Shown here piece after piece: positions 37,396-49,638 of a DNA stretch of 64,000 nt. Below the pieces are notes generated by a model. That model did not search any database, was not told the DNA's origin, and saw only the letters and a list, made by a program, of their open reading frames with translations. Position 1 is the first letter of the stretch; the number at the start of each line of letters is the position of its first letter. The position numbers and the translations under genes were made by a program. This DNA is from Dipteris shenzhenensis (taxonomy: Eukaryota): assembly GCA_047967505.1 (NCBI GenBank), contig CM106538.1, one strand, 5' to 3'.

Positions 37396-37905
37396 ATTGT
37401 GGTGACGAATTCAGCTCCCCGGCGTCACGTTTTCTTGCAGGGTGCTTTTTTGCATTAAGCCATTGTTTGGCTGTGGAAATTTTTGGGGCAGATTTTCTTG
37501 CTTTGTAGGCTTTGCACATAAATCTGTAAATTTGGGGCTTTTGCAGGCAAATTGCAAAATTTGGGGCTTTCAGTAAATTTTCCCTCTTTCGGTTGCAATT
37601 TTCCCGCAAGAATTTGGGGCTTTTGCCATTTGGATGCAATTTGGCAGTGTACAAGCTGTTTGGCATCTTTGCAGCCAGTTTTGGACTCAGTTTGAATGGC
37701 ATTGAAGCACTGGTCCATTTTGTAGTGTTATTTTGGCAGCTTTTCATTTGCAGGACATTTTGGGTGCATTTTGAGCCTTTGATTGGCTTTGACAGTAAAG
37801 CTATCATTGTGGACAGATTTTTTGTCAGCTTTTGGGTTGTGCATCTTAAATCCCAGGAATGGATATTCTTGTCACATTTGCTGCATTTTGTTTTCTTTGG
37901 CAGTT

Positions 37906-38359
37906 ATGACCCAGAACAATCCCAATGAAGTGTTTAGCATCCTCACACAGGAGGATAAGTTGGATGGTACCAATGACTCCTTATGGAGTTTCATGGTACG
38001 CAATATTTTAGTTGGCAAACATTTGTGGGATTATGTCATTGAGGATGAGACACGGCCAGAGAATGTGGTTGCACTTGCCACTCCTCCTCAACAAGGTGGA
38101 GGAAGGGGTAGAGGACAAGCTCAGGGCAGAGGACAAGTGCCAGGTGCACTAGCTGCTGCAGTGGTGCCTCCCACACACGAACAGAAAAGGTGGGATTCAC
38201 GTGATGCACAAGCACTTTCAGCAATCTCCCTTTCTGTCAAAAGAATTATTATTCCGCACATTCGGTCATACAAGAACTCAAAGGCAGCTTGGGATATTTT
38301 GGAGAGTATGTTTTCAACCCACAATGATGCCAGGGTCTCTTTCCTAAAGAGAGAGTTGA
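37906..38359 (+). pseudogene. Element D gag 5' part
   Basis: QEDKLDGTN..LWSFMVRNIL, WDSRDAQAL, AWDILESMF; resumes at 49639. Confidence 0.9.
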
Positions 38360-39099
38360 TGTTAGAACAGTCACTGCCCCGCCTGCGAGCCCCCGTTTTG
38401 AGGGGACAAGGGGGCAGGGGACTGTAGGGGGGCAGGGGACTGTAGGGGAGTAGGGGACAGAGGATCTACCAGGCTGGAAATCCGTGCCGCAAAGGAGAGG
38501 GGTGCGGCCCTTCTACGCAGCTCTTGGAGCAGGAAACGGCGCGGCAGCAGCAACCCATGTGCTTGTGCTGGGCACATGGGCCCTTTTATAGGGATGGGCC
38601 AAGCCAACCAACCAGGTCAGTGGAGGCCAGCCTACAGGTTGGTGCTGCAAGCAGGGGGCCGACCCCCTGCTGGTCGGTTTTTACAGCCCCAAGCAGGGCC
38701 TATATAAAGCCCCCTCTCCCCCCCTCATTTCTCATCACCTGCACAGACTGCCTTGCACACAGGCAAGTGCACAAAGGGACAGAAGTGGCTCAGCACTTGA
38801 CAGCAACCTTTGTCTGTTTGTACATGCTCACCCGGTGAGCTTTTGTCTGCCCACGATTGTGAAAGAATATATTGGAGTTTTGACCATCTCTTTCTCCATC
38901 TCTCTGAGTGTTGTATGAGCTAGATCAAGAGTGAGGTGTGTGTGATTCTATCCTCTATTCCATCATGGTATCAGAGCTAGGTTCACAGCTCTAGATCGGA
39001 GTACCTCAGCAAGTAGGCGACTCCAATCGACACTCAGGTTTGCTGCGTGGTCAAGTTCTCCGCTGTAAATTCAGTTTACTGTTCTTTATTACAGCAAGG

Positions 39100-40792
39100 A
39101 TGGAGGACAAAGATTCTACTATTGCCTCTTCAGCCCCTTCTCTTCCTTCCTCCTCCTCGAAATTCCTCTCATTCACAATCCCAAACTTCGGAGAGTCAGG
39201 GAAGGTAGACGGGTCGAACTACCCGATCTGAAAGATGAAAATCCGGAGCCATCTTGTGGCCTGGAAGTTGTGGAAGCTAACAACGGGGGTGGAGGCAAAA
39301 CCGGAAGACTTGCTGGACAGCAAGGGGAAGATTGTCATTCTTGTGGATGGTGAAGAGCTTGAGAATTGGGAAGAGAGAGATGCCCACTCCCTAGCATTAA
39401 TCATTGGGACCACGGTGGACTCTGTTCTTCCGCACATCCAAATAGCCGAGACGTCTGCAGAGGCGTGGGCTATCCTGAAGGATTTGTATGAAACTGATAA
39501 TACATCTCGAATTTTGATGCTCCAACATCAACTGTACAATCTAGACATGACTAAGGCAGACAATGTTCATGACTATCTAACAAAAGTCAAGGTGGTAAGG
39601 GACCAGCTCGCGGCAGTTGGTCAAAAGGTAGATTCAAGTCAACTAGCACTGTTGATTTTACACAAGCTACCTCAAAGTTTTAAGAGTTTCGTGACTACGA
39701 TCACTGCAAGACAGAGGACCAAGTCTCTCACCTTCGAGGAGCTTGGGCCTTTACTATTGCAAGAAGAGGCTTGGGAAAAATTGTTTACTCAATCGGACAA
39801 GAAGGCTCTCGTAGCAAGGGACAAGCCCGGCAAGGGTAAGTTCAAAGACTCCAAGAACAAAAGCAAGACCGAGGATGCAAAGAAAAAGAGGCAGATGAAG
39901 TGCTTCTACTGTGAGAAGCTTGGTCATTCTGCTAAAGAGTGCCGCAAGAAGAAGGCGGCGGACCTCAAGAAGAGGGAGTCCAAGTCCAAGGAGGAGCCAA
40001 AGACTGAATCAGCAAATGTCACAACCGGCGCTCTCTTCATCATCACTGAGTACTACTCCGCTTATGCAGTCAGTGAAGGAGAGGAAGGTTGGTATGTGGA
40101 CAGTGGAGCTTCAAAGCACATGTCCAACAAGGAGTAGTTCAAAACCATGGAAGGTACGCATCTCGATTCCAATGTCACTGTTGGGGATAACCGGTCATGC
40201 CCTGTGAAGGGTGTCGGTAGTATTCCATTCATAACGATTGTAGGAAACGAGGAGTTGATTTCCGGTGTACTGTATGTACCGAATTTGTAACCTATTGTCT
40301 GTCAATCAGATGGACAAGCACAATATGTCGGTCTTATTCGACAACGGCAAGGTCACTGTCACATCCAAGGCAAATGGATAGGTGGTGGCTCAAGGTGTCG
40401 AGGAGCATGGGCTATATCGGCTCAACGCTCTGTTGGTGCACGGGGACCATGGCGAATCCAAATTATGGCATGAGCGGTTCAATCAAGTCAACGATGGCAC
40501 TCTCTCCAAGATGCAGAAGACAAAGATGGTGGATGGACTTCCACCGATTGCGGTCAATGATCGTGTCTGCAGGGCTTGTGTGGAAGGCAAGCAACACAGG
40601 GACAAGTTCCCACACGAGGCCTCATCACAAGCCAAGAAGCCGCTCGAGTTGGTTCACGCCGACATCTGCGGACCAATGTCAACAAATTCATTCGCAAGTT
40701 CGCAGTATTCTCTTATTAGAGGATGATTTCAGTCGCATGACGTGGGTATTCTGCTTGGCCAAGAAATCTTAAGCTTTCGAGAAATTCAAAGA
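39100..40792 (+). pseudogene. Element E gag, protease and integrase N-terminus
   Basis: CFYCEKLGHSAKEC, WYVDSGASKHM, LWHERF, CRACVEGKQ, LELVHADICGP. Confidence 0.92.
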
Positions 40793-41136
40793 GAGCAGAG
40801 AGCAAGGTCAACCCGCTCTGATACCAAATGTGAGGAGATGGTGAGTGAGAGAGAGTAAGAGAGAGTGAGAGCTGGAAGCTGGGAAGCTGAAAGCTGAGTT
40901 GCAATAGAAGAGTGTGAAAGAGTACAACTCAATGAGAGAGAGATAAGGTTTTGTCCTAGTGACAAAACCTTAGTAGTCACTGACCATAATTAGTGAACTA
41001 ACTGCGGTTAGGGGGAAAAACCTCTTAAAGAGGGAAAAGTGCATCTAACTAGCTTATTATATTACATTGGTCACTGCTGAATTATATCTATAATTCTAAC
41101 ACCCCCCTGCAGTGCCAATGTCATGTACAAGGCTGA

Positions 41137-44100
41137 TCAATCACCAAACGGATATAAGTTCAGGGCACTGCAAAATGCCTCAAACTTTTCACGTGGTAGT
41201 GCTTTGGTGAAAATATCTGCAACGTTGTCATGTGTGGACACAAAGATCATACTGATCTCTCTTGCATGCAACTTCTCTCTGACGTAGTGATAGTGAACCT
41301 CAATGTGCTTCGTGCGAGCATGAAACACTGGATTCTTTGCCACTGCAATGGCACTCTGACTATCAGTGAGAATTGGAGAAGGACCCTCTAAAGACAGATG
41401 AAGATCAGCAAATAGACGTCGCAGCCAGACACATTCAACTGTTGCTATGAAAGCTGCCCTGTACTCAACTTCACATGATGAGGTAGCCACTGTAGATTGT
41501 TTCTTGCTCAGCCAGGAAATGCAAGATTTACCCAAAAAGAAACAATTGCCACTAGTGGACTGCCTAGTGTCATAATCACCAACCCAATCTGAATCACTGT
41601 AGGCATGCATCTGCAAGTCACCCCCCCTAGGAAATAGCAAGCCAAAAGACTTTGTGCCCTGCAAATAACGGAAGATGCGCTTAACTGCCTGCCAATGCAT
41701 AGTTTTTGGGCTGTGCATGTACCTGCTCACCTGAGATACTGCAAACTGAATATCAGGTCTAGTGTTGCAGAGATATATGAGGCATCCAACAGCCTGACTG
41801 TAAAGTGTGGCATCAACTGATTCTCCTGCATCATGCATTGTGAGTTTCAGCCCTAGCTCCATGGGAGTGGCTATGGGCTTACTCTCATGCATGTTAAATC
41901 TGTCCAAGAGTTTCTGAACATACTTGGACTGAGACATAGCAGTGCCACGTCTCTCATGAGAGAACTGGATCCCCAAATAAAAGTGAAGCAGCCCCAAATC
42001 TGACATGTCAAAGTTGGTCTACAAATCAGCTTTGAAATCTGCAATTTTGTCTTCATTGGACCCTATGAGCAATAAGTCATCGACATAAAGAAGGATGACT
42101 AAAATTTCCCCCCCATCCATCTTGATGTAGAGGGTGCTCTCAGTAGGACTATTGTGCAGCCCCTTGCTGGTCAAAAAGGCATGGATCTTGGCATACCATG
42201 CACGAGGGGCCTCTTTCAGCCCATATAAAGCTTTGTTGAGCCTGCATACTTGAAGTGCATTTGCTGTAATTTCAAAGCCCGGAGGTTGTTTGACATACAC
42301 CTCTTCCAGCAAGTCCCCATTTAAGAAGGCTGTTTTTATGTCCAACTGATGAACATTCCACTCAAAATGTGCAGCCATTGCAATAACTGATCGGATGGTG
42401 GTCATCCAGGATGTAGGAGCGAATGTCTCCTCATAATCTATGCCCTTTTTCTGAGCATAGCCTTTAGCAACCAGCCTTGCCTTATATCTGTCAATGGAGC
42501 CATCCGGCTTCCGTTTGACCTTGAAAACCCATCGTGTGCCAATGGCATGTTTACCCTGTGGCAAGTCTACAACATCCCAAGTCTGATTTTTTGCAATGGA
42601 CTGCAACTCATCGTGCATGGCATTCATCCAATGCACATTATCCTTTGCCTCTTCGAATGTGGCAGGCTCCTCCTCATCAAGGAGAGTACCTGCATATGCT
42701 AATTCCACTGAATTAGCACCTTCCATGTGCCTTGCTGCACTGCGAGTCCTGCCAGATAACGGAGCATCAATTTTACTCTCCCTGAGAGTCTGTAACAGCC
42801 AGTTTGGGACTGTTTTTGCTGCATGTATGTCTGCAATTTCTTGCTGCACCACCTGTTCCACTGCCTGTGGAACAGGCAAGACATCCTGTGGCGGAACTGA
42901 AGCATCTGGAGGTTGCTGTAAATTCTGATTTGCATCAGAAAAATCAGCAAGGGAACCCAAGGCAATGGGTAGCAACCCCTCAAAGACATCCTCTGAAGAC
43001 GAAGGCATTTGAAATTCAACCTGAGTGTGAGCTGAATTTTCAGAAAATATCACATCTCTACTTACTATGATCTTGCGTGTAGCAGGATTGTAGAGACGGT
43101 ACCCCTTGCTTTCTGCACTGTATCCAACAAATATGCATTTGATGGCTTTATCTGACAACTTGTGCCTAAATTCAACTGGCACATGCGCATAAGCAAGGCA
43201 TCCAAAGACTCGGAAGTGATCCACTGAAGGCTTCCTGTCATTCCAGACCTCATAAGGAGTTTTTGTTTTTAAAGCCTTAGTGGGAGCCCGATTCAAAATG
43301 TAATTGGCACACATCAAACCCTCTAGCCAGAATTTGTGAGGCATGTGTTTGCTTTTCAGCATACATCTGTCCATCTCCATGAGGGTTCTATTTTTCCTCT
43401 CAGCTTTGCCATTTTGCTGAGGGGTCAGCCTGACTGTGAGCTGATGCACAATACCCTTGCCTTTCAGAAAAGCATCAAATTCTGCAGACAAGTGTTCCCC
43501 ACCTCTATCTGTGCGCAATGTCTGTATCTTGAGTCCGGTTTCATTTTCAACCATGGCTGAAAAGTGTTTAAACACCGTGAACACTTCAGATTTCTGTTTC
43601 AACCCATAAACCCAAGTAAAATTGGAGTAATCATCAATAAATGTAACGAAGTAGAGATGACCACCCAATGATGGAGTCCTCATGGGACCACAGACATCAC
43701 TGTGTATAAGCTGTAATTTGCGGACAGCTTTAACTGAACCATCCTTCTTGAAGGGGAATCTATGCATCTTGCCTAAAATGCACCCTTCACAAGCATGTGG
43801 AGGAGGTATCTCAAGAGGTGGCAATGCATCAACCATGGAAAACTTCTGAAGTGTCATCAAGCTGTTGTAATGCATGTGGCCATATCTGGCATGCCATAAT
43901 TCTACATTCTGCATGGCAGCTGTAGGGGTAGAAACTGCAAGAGCATGGGCTGCTCTTTTCTCAAAAATATCAAGCTGAAAAAGCCCACGCAGCAGTGTAC
44001 CAGATAACCTTAAGGCATAGTCATCTTCCCTGTCTCGGACACCACATTTGTCATCCCCAAAGATGACATGAAATCCACCTCTGTTAAGAGTGGACACTGA

Positions 44101-45480
44101 AAGGAGATTTTTGGTTATGCCAGGCACATATAAGACATCTGAAAGTCTGAAAATTGAGCCATCAATGGCAATGAGCTCAACATCTCCTGTGCCACGTACT
44201 GAATATGATGAGTTGTTGGCACAAGTGACTTTCTTACCAACGGGAGGTGGATGCAAGGAAGTAAAAAGACACTTCCTAGAAGTGATGTGCTTGGATGCAC
44301 CGCTGTCAAAATACCAAGTGTCCAGTGTTTCATTGACACTGAAAGCAACTGCATCTGTAGAAGAGTCATAGCTGCAAGTCAAAAATGCATATGTATCATC
44401 ACTGCAAGTGGCTGTACTATCCCGAGCATCTGGAACAGCCAACCTAGAATCTGAAATGCAAGATAAAAAGGCATAATCCTGTCCAACAAAGTTGGCTGCA
44501 GCATCCCCACTGTCAGATTCATGAGGAGCTGAATCTGAAACAGCCATACCTGAGCTGTTTTTCTTTTCTTTTGCAAGCCTTTTCCTGCATTCTGCTATGT
44601 GATGACCTGGCTTTTTGCAGTAGTGACAAAAACCCTTCTTCTTGGGCTTACTTGCATCATTTTTAGCCTTTTGTGAAGGCTGTCCTGACCCACTGGAAGG
44701 CTGATTTACTAATGTCTTTGCCTGTCCCTTTGTTTTTGATTTAAACTTTGAGAGCATGGCTTGTTCACCTGCACGTGAAGCCAAATTTTTCCTGGTCTGC
44801 TCTTCCTAAAGCAGAAGTCCTATCAACTCATGAAAAGTGAGAGGATTTGCACCCCCCCTCAATGATAAGTTCAGCGAGGTATGAAAGCTGAGATAAGACT
44901 CAGGAAGAGAATTCAGAGTGGTTGTAATCATCTATGAATCAGGAATAATTTCATCTATGTTTAACAATTGCTCTCTGAGATCCTGTAGCTTTGTGAGGTG
45001 GACTGACATGGAGTCACCCTCTTCCATATGTGTATTACTCAACTCTCTTTTCAAGAAAGATACCCTTGCATCATTCCGAGCTGCATACATGCTTTCCAAA
45101 ATATCCCACGCTGCCCTGGAGGTCTTACACGACCGGATATGCGGAATGATAAATCTTTTCACTGAAAGAGAGATGCATGACAAAGCTAAGGCATCCCGTG
45201 AATCCCATCTCTTCTGCTCTGGAATAGTGACTGTAGCTGCACCAACAACTTGTACTGCAGCTGCACCCTGTGCACGACCTCTTCCACCTCCTTGCTGGGG
45301 AGGGGTAGCAGGTGCAATATCTGCTGGTCGGATCTCATCCCCATTGACATAATCCCATAAATTGCAAGAAATCAGAATATTGCGTACCATGAAACTCCAG
45401 TTTGAGTAATTGGTACCATCCAACTTGTCTTCCTGTGAAAGACCACCGAACTGGAACTCATTCTGATTTTGATGGGCCAT
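41137..45480 (-). pseudogene. Element F gag-PR-IN-RT-RH polyprotein with a few in-frame TAG stops
   Basis: CHYCKKPGHHIAEC, WYFDSGASKH, HSDVCGP, RTDRGGE, YKARLVAKG, LYVDD, YSDSDW, ADIFTK. Confidence 0.95.
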
Positions 45481-45949
45481 ATCTGAGAAAAAGATTGAAG
45501 CAGATACAAAGCTGAATTCCCTTACTGGGAATGAAATGCACAACTCCCAAAAAACACAGCCAAGCACGGGCTGTAAATGCAACTTAGATTTCTGTACTTG
45601 CACTGTCAGAAATCTGTCCAAGCATCAAAAACTCTCCAAAATCTGCCAAAAGTGTTGCAAAACACTCCAAGAAAGGCAGTATGAACTGAAAACTCTAGAA
45701 ATTGCTCTCCCAACACAAAAGCCCCAATTTGTGGCTTGAAATTGCAACCAGAAAGGGACTGATTTACTAAAAGCCCCAAATCTGCAATTTCTGGACAAAA
45801 GCCCCAACTTTGCAATTTCTGAACAAAAGCCCCAAATTTCAGACTAGATCTACAGATCTGTCTGCAAAAGCCCCAAATCTGTAATTTCTGTCAAAGCTCC
45901 AAATGTATTTCCAAAAATACAGCCAAACAATGGCTATCTGCAAACAAAG

Positions 45950-46430
45950 CCTAGTACGGAACTGTCAGTGTACAGAACTGTCTGGTACGGATTTCGTACA
46001 TTGTACGGATGACCGTACGAATGTACAGAGTACGTACAACGGCGCTGTACGGAGAACGGACAGCGAGGTACCGCGCAGATCTGTACGGAGTACGGACGGC
46101 GAGGTACGGAGCAGAGCTGTACAGCGCTGTATGGCGCAATCTGTACGGCACGCGGGTACAGTACGGTGTTGAATGGCGAGCAGATCTGTACGGAGCGTAG
46201 GTACAGTACGGTGCTGAATGGCGAGCAGATCTCTATGGAGCGCAGGTACAGTACGGTGCTGATCGACGAGCAGATCTGTACGGAGTACGGAGACGATGTA
46301 CGACGAGCAGATCTGGTACACGGTGCACAGACGAGCAAGTACGGTACGGTACGGCAGATAGGTACGACATGTACGGTCTGTTGGTACGACAGGATTCCGT
46401 ACAATCGTACGGACTGTACGGACGAATTGT
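45950..46430. repeat. GTAC-dense tandem repeat leader of F
   Basis: About 42-bp units GAGCAGATCTGTACGG...GGTACAGTACGGTG and numerous GTACG words. Confidence 0.85.
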
Positions 46431-46796
46431 AGCAGCGAAGGTAAGTTGCAGCTAGAGCTCAACGGGGAGGTTGGAGCTGGATGCGAGAAGCAGAGAGCAG
46501 GGTCAACCCACTCTGATACCAAATGTGAGGAGATGGTGAGTGAGAGAGAGCAAGAGAGAGTGAGAGCTGGAAGCTTGGAAGCTGAAAGCTAAGTTGCAAT
46601 AGAAGAGTGTGAAAGAGTACAACTCAATGAGAGAGAGATAAGGTTTTGTCCTAGTGACAAAACCTTAGTAGTCACTAACCATAGTTAGTGAACTAACTAC
46701 GGTTAGGGGAAAAAACCTCTTAAAGAGGGAAAAGTGCCCCTAACTAGCTTATTATATTACATTGGTCACTGCTGAATTATATCTATAATTCTAACA

Positions 46797-49161
46797 ATGA
46801 CGTGGGTATTCTGCCTGGCCAAGAAATCTTAAGCTTTCGAGAAATTCAAAGACTGGAAGGCTCACGTAGAGAAGGAGAGCGAGGAGGTAATTAAGAGACC
46901 GCTCACTACAGCTCGCACATCTCAGCAGAATGGAGTTGCTGAGAGAAAGCACAGGACCGTCACAGAGACAGGGTTGACCATGTTGCGAGGGAGGAATCTC
47001 TCGAAAGCCTACTAGGGTGAAGCTGTGAACACTGCCATTCACATCCTCAACAGGACCAAGATTAAGGCTGTTGATGACAAGACTCCGTACGAAGCTTATT
47101 ATGGTAAGAAGCCCATCATATCTCATCTAAGGGTTCTAAAGCATTTGTGCATGTACATAAAGATGAGCGGACAAAGCTAGATCCCCATAGCCGGAGCTGT
47201 ATCTTTGTGGGATACAGCAAAGAGTCAAAGGCCTATCGCCTATTCGACCCGGACAGAAGAAGATCCGTATCAACAAGGATGTGATCTTTGAAGAGACTGA
47301 GCCACAGCCTGCAGAAGAGGTTCCAGAACTTCCGGCGTTACCCCCACCCAAAGTCACCATCTGAGAGGTGGAGCCGACTAAAGACCCCGAGAAGAAGGAG
47401 CATGTCATTGCGGAGCCAGTTCCCAAGTCAACTCCATCAACTCCATCAAAAGCACCTCCATCTGAGAAGAAGCTACCCAGTGGTATTTAAAGACGTTAGC
47501 AGACTCACGGATCACGGACATTCCGAGAGCAGTTTCGGAGCGCGGCGGTCTCAACAAAACATGAAGACTCCCTCCGTGAACTACGCTTTGGTAGCTCAGC
47601 TTGCTGAGCCCTGTTCCTTTCAGGAGGCGAAGGATATTCCAAAATCGCAAGAAGCCATGCAGGCAGAGATGGATGCCATTTTGAAAAATGACACCTGGGA
47701 TTTAGTGTCCAAACCAACCAAGCGGAAGGTCATCGGGACGAAATGGGTGTACAAGCTTAAGTTCAAGTCAGATGGGAGCTTGGACAAGTACAAAGCAAGA
47801 TTGGTGGTGAAAGGCTATGCACAGTTAGAAGGACTTGACTTCGATGAGACCTCGCCCCCACAACTAGGATGGTGACTATTCGGACAATCATTGCCTTGGC
47901 TGCTCATCACAGTTGGCCTATTTTTCAAATGGACGTCAAGTCTGCATATTTGAATGGTAACCTGGAGGAGGAGGTATATGTCGCACAGCCACCAGGATTT
48001 CAGATTCCACGATCCCCATCAAAAGTTTGCAAACTGAAGAAGGCCTTACAATGAAACAGGCCCCCAGAGCTTGGTACCAACGGATAGATGTTTTCTTTCA
48101 GAAGATCAGGCTTCACCGGAGTCCATCAAACGCAAATCTTTATCTCGACACAGAGGAAAAATTGTGACTGGTATTAATTCTATATGTAAATGGCCTCATC
48201 ATTACTGGGAATCATATGAAGAAGATTGCTCAGGTCAAGAGACTTCTTATGGAGGAGTTTGAGATGACTGACTTAGGCATACTTCACTACTTTCTTCAGA
48301 TTGAGGTGAAATAGAGAAAGAGCAGTATCTTTATTTCACAGGAGAAACAGGGAAAGAGCAGTTTCTATTTTCACATGAGAAATATTGCAAGGAACTGCTC
48401 AAACGCTTTGAGATGGAAAATTGCAAAGCTGCACTGACTCCCATGGAAACTGGTCTGAAGCTGAGTGTGCGTGATCCATCTCAGCCAGTTGATTCATCAC
48501 TGTATCGACGCCTGGTGGGGAGCTTGCTTTACCTCACCAATACCCAACCAAATATTTCCTTCGTAGTTGGATTGCTCTATCAGTTCTCCGCCACACCCAA
48601 GAAGGCTCATTGGGACGCAGGTATGAGGGTGCTAAGGTACTTGAAGGGTACCTGCACCTACAGCATCACTTATACGAGGGGCATTGAGTTGGGAGGTTTC
48701 TGTGATAGTGATTGGGCAGGTGACATTGGTACCTAGAGATTGACCTCTAGATATTATTTCTTACTCTTATCAGGAGCTGTGTCGTGGCTGAGTAAGAAAC
48801 AACCTACTGTCGCCCTTTCATCTACAGAGACAGAGTACAGGGCTGCCTGTACAGCGGCATGTGAAGCATTGTGGCTCAGGTGGATCTTGGAGGACATGAA
48901 TATGGCCCAAGAAGATGCGTGGTTATGTGCGACAACTAGAGTTGCATAGCAATCGCCAACATTTCCATGTTTCACGCATGGACGAAGCACATCGAGGTCC
49001 ACTACCACTTTGTTCAAGAACTCACCGACGAAGAAGTCATAGAGTTAATATACTGCCCGATCAACGACAACATCTCAGATGTCTTCACGAAGGCATTTCC
49101 AAGGGAGCAATTGGAAAACCTCATTCGATGCATGGGGATCGGCCCACAGTTGTGTCATTGA
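46797..49161 (+). pseudogene. Element E integrase remainder, RT and RH (degenerate)
   Basis: QQNGVAERK, YKARLVVKGY, MDVKSAYLNG, FCDSDWAG, KHIEVHYHFV. Confidence 0.92.
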
Positions 49162-49638
49162 GAGGGGGTGTTAGAAAAGTCACTGCCCCACCTGTGAGCC
49201 CCTGTTTTGAGGGGACAAGGGGGCAGGGGACTGTAGGGGGATAGGGGACAGAGGACCTACCAGGCTGGAAACCTGCGCAGCAAAGGAGAGGGACGCGACC
49301 CTTCTGTGCAACTCTTGGAGCAGGAAACGACACGGTAGCAGCAACCCATGTGCTTGTGCTTGGCACATGGGCCCTTTTATAGGGCTGGGCCAAGCCAACC
49401 AACCAGGTAGGTGAAGGCCAGCCTACAGGTCGGTGCTACAAGCAGGGGGCTGACCCCCTACTGGTCAGTTTTTACAGCCCCAAGCAGGGCTTATATAAAG
49501 CCCCCTATCTCACCCTCATTTCTCATCACCTGCACATACTGCCTTGCACACAGGCAAGCGCGCAGAGGGAGAGAGTGTTGTATGAGCTAGATCAGGAGTG
49601 AGGTGTGAGTGATTCTATCCTCTATTTCCAACAATTGA

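Larger units (their letters stand above)
40793..46796 (-). mobile_element. Ty1/copia element F, near intact, related to D
   Basis: 273-bp TG..CA LTRs 40829-41101 and 46524-46796, PBS 46510-46521, PPT 41102-41110; extra PBS copy beyond the 3' LTR. Confidence 0.95.
38360..49633 (+). mobile_element. Ty1/copia element E (hosts F)
   Basis: LTRs 38360-38965 and 49169-49633 (3' copy shorter), PBS 38966-38977, PPT GAGAGGGGG; TSD GTTGA/ATTGA. Confidence 0.93.

Noticed and set aside
36774-37807. Long ORFs (199 and 262 aa) and similar ORFs at 13553-14050, 16046-16606, 24406-25301, 45934-46522
   Set aside because: Low-complexity LTR/leader sequence open by chance; no recognisable domains.
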